Below, piece after piece: positions 58,169-64,000 of a stretch of DNA of 64,000 bases; position 1 is the stretch's first letter, and each line of letters begins with the position of its first letter. Source of the stretch: Syntrophaceae bacterium. GTDB taxonomy: Bacteria; Desulfobacterota; Syntrophia; Syntrophales; Smithellaceae. The stretch spans positions 95,000-158,999 of the forward strand of contig PLMQ01000068.1 of the NCBI GenBank assembly GCA_003142535.1, written 5' to 3'. The position numbers were made by a program, and so were the translations under genes. The notes below the pieces were generated by a model. That model searched no databases. It was not told the origin of the DNA and was given only the letters and a program-made list of their open reading frames with translations.

Positions 58169-58261
58169 TTTAATTCCTGTATTTCTTGCTGGAGATTTGA
58201 CTTGATAAAATAACAACTCGATTGTAAAAGAAAAAGACATAAAATTGTTCGGAGGCCGGAA

Positions 58262-59560
58262 GTGTATTGGGAAAAAGATGTCGAAACAATTGACCGGAAG
58301 AATCTGGAAAAACTTCAATTAAAGAAACTGAAAAATACACTCAATAAAGCGGTAAATTCTTATTATTACGGCAAAGCATTTAAAGAAAAGGGAATTAATG
58401 CCAATTCAGTAAAATCATTGAAAGATATTCAGAAAATCCCTTTCACGACAAAAGACGATTTGCGCGAACACTGGCCTTATGGTTTTGTGGCGGTGTCGAA
58501 AGATGATCTTGTGCGGATGCATTCGTCTTCGGGGACAACCGGCCGCGCCACGGTGGTATTCCACACAACCAACGATATCACCGTCTGGACGAATCTTTTA
58601 GCGCGCTGCATGTATATGGCCGGCATGCGCAAAAGCGATGTCTTCCAGAATATGATGACTTACGGCCTTTTTACCGGTGGTCTTGGTTTTCACTACGGAG
58701 CGGAAAAAATTGGCGCGCTGGTTATTCCGGCAGGTTCGGGCAACAGCAAACGCCAGATTCAATTAATGATGGATTTCGCCACAACAGTAATTCATGTAAT
58801 CCCCAGTTACGCCTTGCACCTCTCGACAGTTTTTACGGAACTCAAGCTCGATCCCCGCAAAGATACCAAAGTAAGGATAGCCTTTGTCGGCGCGGAGCCT
58901 CATACGGAAAAAATGCGGCGTAAGATTGAAGCAATCTATGGCTACCAAGCATTTAATTCTTACGGCTTATCGGAAATGAACGGGCCGGGTGTGGCCTTTG
59001 AATGCCCTTATCAGCAGGGCATGCACATCTGGGAGGATAGTTTTCTGGTAGAAATAATTGATCCTAAAACGCTGCAACCGGTTGCCGATGGAGAAGAAGG
59101 TGAGCTGGTGATGACGACATTGCAGCGGGAGGGCATGCCGATTTTACGTTATCGCACAAAGGACTTAACCAGAATCATACCGGAACCATGTTCCTGCGGG
59201 CGCACGCACCGTCGCATTGAACGAATCAAAGGCCGGACGGATGATATGCTGATTATCAAGGGTGTTAACATCTTCCCGATGCAAATTGAAAAGAGACTCA
59301 TGGAGATTCCCGGTGTGGGCACGAACTTCCTGATTGTTCTGGAACGCGAAGAATTTAACGATTCCCTGACCGTAAAAGTGGAGGTGGGTAAAGAATTTTT
59401 TTCCGGTGAATTAAAACAATTAGAGATGTTAAGAAAGAAAATCAGCGAAGAACTGAAAAGCGAAATATTGATTACGCCCAAGATTGATTTGGTGGAACCG
59501 GATAGTATTCCTAAGGGGGAGGGGAAGGCAGTAAGAGTTATCGACAACAGGCGGGACTGA
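58262..59560 (+). CDS. paaK: Phenylacetate-CoA ligase family protein
   Basis: 432 aa with a GTG start and a GGAGG RBS. The AMP-binding motif is SSGTTGRATVV, and the sequence is PaaK-like over its full length. Confidence 0.9.
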   Translation: MYWEKDVETIDRKNLEKLQLKKLKNTLNKAVNSYYYGKAFKEKGINANSVKSLKDIQKIPFTTKDDLREHWPYGFVAVSKDDLVRMHSSSGTTGRATVVFHTTNDITVWTNLLARCMYMAGMRKSDVFQNMMTYGLFTGGLGFHYGAEKIGALVIPAGSGNSKRQIQLMMDFATTVIHVIPSYALHLSTVFTELKLDPRKDTKVRIAFVGAEPHTEKMRRKIEAIYGYQAFNSYGLSEMNGPGVAFECPYQQGMHIWEDSFLVEIIDPKTLQPVADGEEGELVMTTLQREGMPILRYRTKDLTRIIPEPCSCGRTHRRIERIKGRTDDMLIIKGVNIFPMQIEKRLMEIPGVGTNFLIVLEREEFNDSLTVKVEVGKEFFSGELKQLEMLRKKISEELKSEILITPKIDLVEPDSIPKGEGKAVRVIDNRRD

Positions 59561-59608
59561 TTGGTTGTTAAAACATAAAAATGAATTAGAAAATAAACAA
59601 TTTTAAAA

Positions 59609-59729
59609 GACCTCGCAAAAAGCTCCAGAGGCAAGGCGCACAAATCACGAGGAATGAGACGTACTTTTTGCATACGTCGCAATGACGAGAGACGCAGTGC
59701 AACGCGGCATATGGACTCTTTCCGAGGTC
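59609..59729 (-). repeat. ~121-nt structured repeat (family B1), copy 2, between paaK and the ACT gene
   Basis: Its reverse complement aligns with 30327-30449 (GCGTTGC, GTCTCAyTCC, GCGCCTTGC blocks). The outer and central stems carry compensatory differences. Confidence 0.8.
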
Positions 59730-59749
59730 GTCAACAAGAGGAGAATATT

Positions 59750-60202
59750 ATGATTGCTCATCAGCTTTCCATTTTTGCCGAAAATAAGCCGGGAAAACTT
59801 GCCCACGTAACCAGTGTACTGGCTAAAGAAAAAATAAGTATTCGGGCAACGACGATATCGACTTCGGATACGTTTGGCGTCGTTAGCCTGATTGTTGATG
59901 ATCCCAAACGGGCGGAAGCAGCACTAACTAAAGCCGGAATGACTGTCCATTTACGTGAAGTATTGGCCATCCTTATTCCCGACAAGCCCGGCGGGCTGGA
60001 TAAACTCACTCAATTGCTGCTTAAAGAGGAAATTAACATTAATAATGCTTACGGTTTTGTTCTGGAGAGCTCCAAAAAAGCAGTATTTGTGGTTGATGTG
60101 GATCAAACGGAAAAAACAGAAAAAATTCTGGAAAAGCATGGCTTCCAGACATTGGATACAGCTGCACTTTCGGCTATTGAGCCCTCACATGCAGCAAAAT
60201 AG
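59750..60202 (+). CDS. ACT domain protein (two ACT repeats)
   Basis: I place the start at ATG 59750 (AGAGGAG RBS). Motifs: QLSIFAENKPGKLAHV and ILIPDKPGGLDKL. This is the common paaK partner gene. Confidence 0.8.
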   Translation: MIAHQLSIFAENKPGKLAHVTSVLAKEKISIRATTISTSDTFGVVSLIVDDPKRAEAALTKAGMTVHLREVLAILIPDKPGGLDKLTQLLLKEEININNAYGFVLESSKKAVFVVDVDQTEKTEKILEKHGFQTLDTAALSAIEPSHAAK

Positions 60203-60225
60203 AAAAAGGCAAAAGGAATAATATT

Positions 60226-60660
60226 ATGACGCATGCAGATAAAGGTAAATATTTTCAGAAACATCCCGGCCAGGCAAAAATAGATGATATCCTGCAGCAG
60301 GATATTCTGCAGAAAGTAAAGAATAACAATATTGCCTGTCCGGCTGCGGAAGAAATTGCGCAAAGAAAGGGAGTGGCATTGGGTGAAATCGGGATTGCTC
60401 TGGACCTTTTAAATATTAATATTACCGAATGCCAGTTAGGCCTTTTTGGTTACAGTCCGCAAAAGAAGATTGTTCGGCCCGCCAAAGAAATTGCGCCTGA
60501 TTTAAAACAAGCTATTAATGATGCGCTGAGTGGCGGCCGTCTGCCTTGTGCTGCGGCCTGGGCGATAGCTAAACAACTTAATCTGCCGCGCATGAAAGTT
60601 TCGGCCGCCTGTGAAACATTACAAATTAAAATCAAACCTTGTCAGTTAGGAGCGTTCTAA
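60226..60660 (+). CDS. Hypothetical protein with internal Cys-flanked duplication ending CQLGxF
   Basis: 144 aa with two ~38-aa repeats: IACPAAEEIA...ITECQLGLFG and LPCAAAWAIA...IKPCQLGAF. Confidence 0.5.
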   Translation: MTHADKGKYFQKHPGQAKIDDILQQDILQKVKNNNIACPAAEEIAQRKGVALGEIGIALDLLNINITECQLGLFGYSPQKKIVRPAKEIAPDLKQAINDALSGGRLPCAAAWAIAKQLNLPRMKVSAACETLQIKIKPCQLGAF

Positions 60661-61367
60661 AAATTAATTTCGATATAGCTTTCCAGCAGGCGGATCATCA
60701 AATCGGCATTTTTACGGGCGCCGGCGATAATCTCATCCATGCCCAGAGGTTTTTCCAGTAAACCATTGCCAAAATTGTCGATAGAACAGGCAGAAGCGTA
60801 AGGCAAATCCAGTTCCAGGGCAATAACAGCCTCGTTGGCCATGGTCATACCGACGATATCCGCATAATTGGCCATCATTCTAATTTCCGCTTTTGTTTCC
60901 AGCCGCGGTCCCGGCGTTTGCCAGTAAGTCCCTTTTTCCACAACCTGAATCTGGCAATTCCGGGCAGCTTTGATCAGCTTTTGGCGCACTTCTTCATTTA
61001 AAGAAGGAGTGGTATGGGTGGCGCTGTTCTGATGAATGCTGGGAGTGGCTGTCAGCGTGAGGAAATCATCGGGAACGACAATCATGCCGGGGCATAAATC
61101 CTTTCTTAAAGATCCAGTAGAGTTGATGCCCACAACTTCTGTTACACCCAGGTCTTTTAGTGCTTGCAAATTGGCGCGATGGTTAATTAAGTGCGGTAGA
61201 ATATGTTTTTTGGGGTCATTGCCGTGACGGGGAATCAGAACGATTTTATTGGTAATATAGGCAAATGATTGGCCAAATTCGGTATTCAGCTTTTTTGTCT
61301 GGTAATTTTTAAAAAGGTTGCTTTTTCCCACGATAATTGTGCCGGAGAGGACACCTAACATACCCAT
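60657..61367 (-). CDS. MTAP-family purine nucleoside (methylthioadenosine) phosphorylase
   Basis: 236 aa. Motifs: IPRHG...H.ILPHLINHRANLQALKDLGV, plus GPRLET and the MT..E pattern. Confidence 0.8.
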   Translation of the reverse strand: MGMLGVLSGTIIVGKSNLFKNYQTKKLNTEFGQSFAYITNKIVLIPRHGNDPKKHILPHLINHRANLQALKDLGVTEVVGINSTGSLRKDLCPGMIVVPDDFLTLTATPSIHQNSATHTTPSLNEEVRQKLIKAARNCQIQVVEKGTYWQTPGPRLETKAEIRMMANYADIVGMTMANEAVIALELDLPYASACSIDNFGNGLLEKPLGMDEIIAGARKNADLMIRLLESYIEINF

Positions 61368-61505
61368 AAAATCATCCTTTCATAGTGTCTTATTATAGAA
61401 CATATAGCCGATTAGCAACAAAAAAGTGCCGCCAAATAGCATTTGACTTTTTTCAGTCCGCTGTGACATAAAGACGCCTAATTAAAATTCAGGGGAGTAT
61501 AAGCA

Positions 61506-61835
61506 ATGAGTAGCCAATATGTAACTGCTGCTACTGAAGATAACTTTGAAGCTGAAGTTTTAAAAAGCGGCAAACCGGTACTTGTTGATTTTTGGGCTCC
61601 CTGGTGCGGGCCATGCAAGGCTATCGGTCCCGTGGTTGAGGAACTTGCTGAACAACTAAAAGACAGCGTAAAAATTATGAAATTGAATGTTGATGAAAGC
61701 CAGAAAACGGCTCTTAATTACAATGTGCGGAGCATTCCCACCCTTATTCTGTTTAAGGAAGGAAAAGTATTCGACACGCTCATCGGCCTTGTTCCCAAAG
61801 AGAGGCTGGAAACTTTTATCAAGAAGGGTTTATAG
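61506..61835 (+). CDS. trxA: Thioredoxin
   Basis: 109 aa with the WCGPC active site. Confidence 0.95.
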   Translation: MSSQYVTAATEDNFEAEVLKSGKPVLVDFWAPWCGPCKAIGPVVEELAEQLKDSVKIMKLNVDESQKTALNYNVRSIPTLILFKEGKVFDTLIGLVPKERLETFIKKGL

Positions 61836-61840
61836 TTAAA

Positions 61841-62584
61841 ATGGCAGGAAATAAAGTGAAGTTTAAGATAGTTATCTGTACGTTATTAATATTATTTTGT
61901 TTGAGTGGTTGCTCGCTCTCCTCGATATTTTCGTTTTTTAAGAAGGAGCCTTTAGTAAAAGGAACCCCGGAGGGTTTATATAATCGAGGGGCTACGGAAT
62001 TTCAGGATGGCAGTTATAAAAAATCCAGAGAGTATTTTACGCGCCTCAAAGATGAATATCCTTTGCACGAACTGGCCCTTTTAGCGGAACTGGGAATTGC
62101 CGATTCTTTTTTCAGTGATAAAGAATACATTGAGGCGGAAGGCGCTTACAGCGACTTTATCAGAATGCATCCCACCAATGAAAATATTCCTTATGTTGTC
62201 TATCAAATGGGGATGTGCCATTACAAGCAAATAGGAAAAATTGATCGTGATCAGACGGAAACTATCAAAGCCCGAAAAGAATTTGAAAGGCTCATTGCGC
62301 GTTTTCCGGAAAGTAAATTCTCTATCGCTGCTGAAAAGTTACTGCGGGAATGTAAACAAAAAATTGCAGAACAGGAATTTTATATCGGACAATTCTATTT
62401 TCGCAAGAAAGAGTATCAGGCAGCTTTAAAACGGTTTGAATCTATTGCCCGTGAATACGCTAATATTGGTCTTGATTACAAAATTGAATATTATATCGAA
62501 GAAACCAAAAAAAAGATCGCCACAGAAGACAAGTTAAAGAGGGAAGAAGAACAGAAGCAGAAGCTGAAAGCTGCGAAAAAATAA
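61841..62584 (+). CDS. bamD: Outer membrane protein assembly factor BamD
   Basis: 247 aa with a lipobox (LSGC). It has TPR-like repeats and the YxxGxFYFRKKEY pattern. Confidence 0.8.
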   Translation: MAGNKVKFKIVICTLLILFCLSGCSLSSIFSFFKKEPLVKGTPEGLYNRGATEFQDGSYKKSREYFTRLKDEYPLHELALLAELGIADSFFSDKEYIEAEGAYSDFIRMHPTNENIPYVVYQMGMCHYKQIGKIDRDQTETIKARKEFERLIARFPESKFSIAAEKLLRECKQKIAEQEFYIGQFYFRKKEYQAALKRFESIAREYANIGLDYKIEYYIEETKKKIATEDKLKREEEQKQKLKAAKK

Positions 62585-62702
62585 AACATTAACTCTCTGT
62601 TTAGCACATGTTTTTACATAGCGTGGTTTTCAGTTTGGCAAAAGCGGTAGCGGGTGTAATAAAACAAGCTTTAAGGCGAAATAAGGTTTTGATTCATGCC
62701 CG

Positions 62703-64000
62703 TTATCCATTTTGATTCCTTATTATTCGAATAATTTCCTGCCTTGCAAATTCCTGATTTTCCGATGTGTCCATTACAAAGTAATTTTCAGCGGGGAATT
62801 CTCTGATTTCATCAAAGTCCTTTTTTTGTTCCAGAAATATTTCCCAGCGGCCGTCTGAAGCATTATCTTTTTCCCGCATTCGCGTATCCAGCCGTTTTTT
62901 AACTATTTCTTCACGGCAGGTGCATTCAATTACATAAAAAGGGACCTCAAGGTTACGTGCTAAATTCATCGCCTTTTCGCGTTCGCTGCGTCTTTTGAAA
63001 GATGCGTCAATAATTACAGACTTGCCGTGTTCAATTTGGGAAGATGCCAGTTCGTATGCTTTATCATAGGTACGACGGGAAATATCGTCGGAATAAATTC
63101 CCTGACTGAAATCTTCATAATGCCGGGTCGAAGGCGTGATATTGAGTAGTTCTTTGCGCAGAACGTCAGTGCGAATAATTGCGGCGCCGAATCGTTCAGC
63201 GAAAATCCGCGCCTGATAACTTTTCCCGCTACCCATAAGCCCGGCGGTTAAAATCAAAGCAGGTTTTTCCAGACGTGTCGCGTATGACGTGGCTAGGTCA
63301 AAATAACGTCCGGCAGTGTTGGTAATTAGCTTTCGTTCGCTTGCCGGGATTTCCTTTTGATCAAGACGGAAACTGATTACTTTTCCGCGTACGTAAGCGT
63401 AATAGCAACGATAAAAATTAAGCAGGCTCAGCATTTCGTAATCTCCGGAATACCGGAGATATGCCTGCACAAAAGCATCCGCCTGCCGGGAATAACCATT
63501 GAAATCAAGGTCCATGGTCAAAAACGCTACTTCGGCTGCAGTATCGGCAAAACGGAATCTTTCATTAAATTCTATGCAGTCAAATATTATTATTTCGTCG
63601 GCAACGCATATATGTTCCAAATGTAAATCTCCATGACAATCACGGATTTTGTGGTCGGTTATTCTTTTCTCGAAGAGATTCTTTTTTGTGCTTAGAAATT
63701 TCTCTACATATTCTTTGATGAATTTGTATTGGTATTCGGGAATAGTAGTATTAACATAGTTTAATGTCTGGATGAAGTTTTCCTTATGATTATGGCGGAT
63801 TGTGGCGATACTGCCCATTTCGTCAATCCGGCCGCCCGTTTCCGCAAGCTTGTGAAAAGCGGCGATTTTTCCGGCAATAGCGTCCATTATTTTGTCATCG
63901 GCCTGGCCATTGGCCAGAAGTGTTTTGAGCATTCTATCTTGCGGCAATTTTTTCATTCGTACGGCATATTCGACCACTTTTTCTCCCGCTCCCAGAATAA
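62703..64000 (-). CDS. Bifunctional phosphotransferase-like / P-loop kinase protein, N-terminus beyond right edge
   Basis: The reading frame stays open to position 64000. An APH-like kinase core (HGDLHLEHI, IFDCIEF) is followed by a P-loop kinase domain (GLMGSGKS). Confidence 0.75.
   Translation of the reverse strand, partial: ILGAGEKVVEYAVRMKKLPQDRMLKTLLANGQADDKIMDAIAGKIAAFHKLAETGGRIDEMGSIATIRHNHKENFIQTLNYVNTTIPEYQYKFIKEYVEKFLSTKKNLFEKRITDHKIRDCHGDLHLEHICVADEIIIFDCIEFNERFRFADTAAEVAFLTMDLDFNGYSRQADAFVQAYLRYSGDYEMLSLLNFYRCYYAYVRGKVISFRLDQKEIPASERKLITNTAGRYFDLATSYATRLEKPALILTAGLMGSGKSYQARIFAERFGAAIIRTDVLRKELLNITPSTRHYEDFSQGIYSDDISRRTYDKAYELASSQIEHGKSVIIDASFKRRSEREKAMNLARNLEVPFYVIECTCREEIVKKRLDTRMREKDNASDGRWEIFLEQKKDFDEIREFPAENYFVMDTSENQEFARQEIIRIIRNQNG

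Overview
This is a 64-kb chromosomal window from an anaerobic Gram-negative bacterium. The hdr/flx/mvhD content, sigma-54 regulation, porin and BamD suggest a Desulfobacterota/Syntrophia-like organism, but that is inference only. Core genes include ileS-lspA, hisI-hisG-hisB...hisA, yqeY-dnaG-rpoD, a tRNA-CAU, rnhA, RNase P RNA, ppsA, engB, paaK plus an ACT gene, and trxA-bamD. Two paralogous heterodisulfide-reductase/Flx-type clusters dominate the right half. Cluster 1 (32.98-42.32 kb) has a ~1475-aa tandem HdrA with an NfnB/GltD-like insertion, then mvhD, an Fe-S protein, hdrC, hdrB and FlxB/FlxA-like genes. Cluster 2 (47.79-54.55 kb) has an HdrD-like protein, a canonical hdrA, mvhD and the same three Flx-like genes. 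The best candidate for an undescribed system lies between the clusters. It is an AT-rich, translationally coupled pair at 45.55-47.36 kb encoding an ABC-type ATPase and a DUF4276/TOPRIM-like protein, resembling a split OLD/PARIS/AbiL-type conflict module. A second unexplained signal is a modular multi-hairpin interspersed repeat present at six loci, with compensatory stem changes. At least four further palindromic repeat families occur, some inserted inside operons. Other oddities are an rpoD whose C-terminus lacks region 4.2, and a good sigma-54 promoter driving a lone ATP-synthase c-subunit-like gene plus an output-less Cache protein, divergent from a histidine kinase/NtrC-type pair. All calls come from reading the sequence and ORF translations. 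No database search was run.
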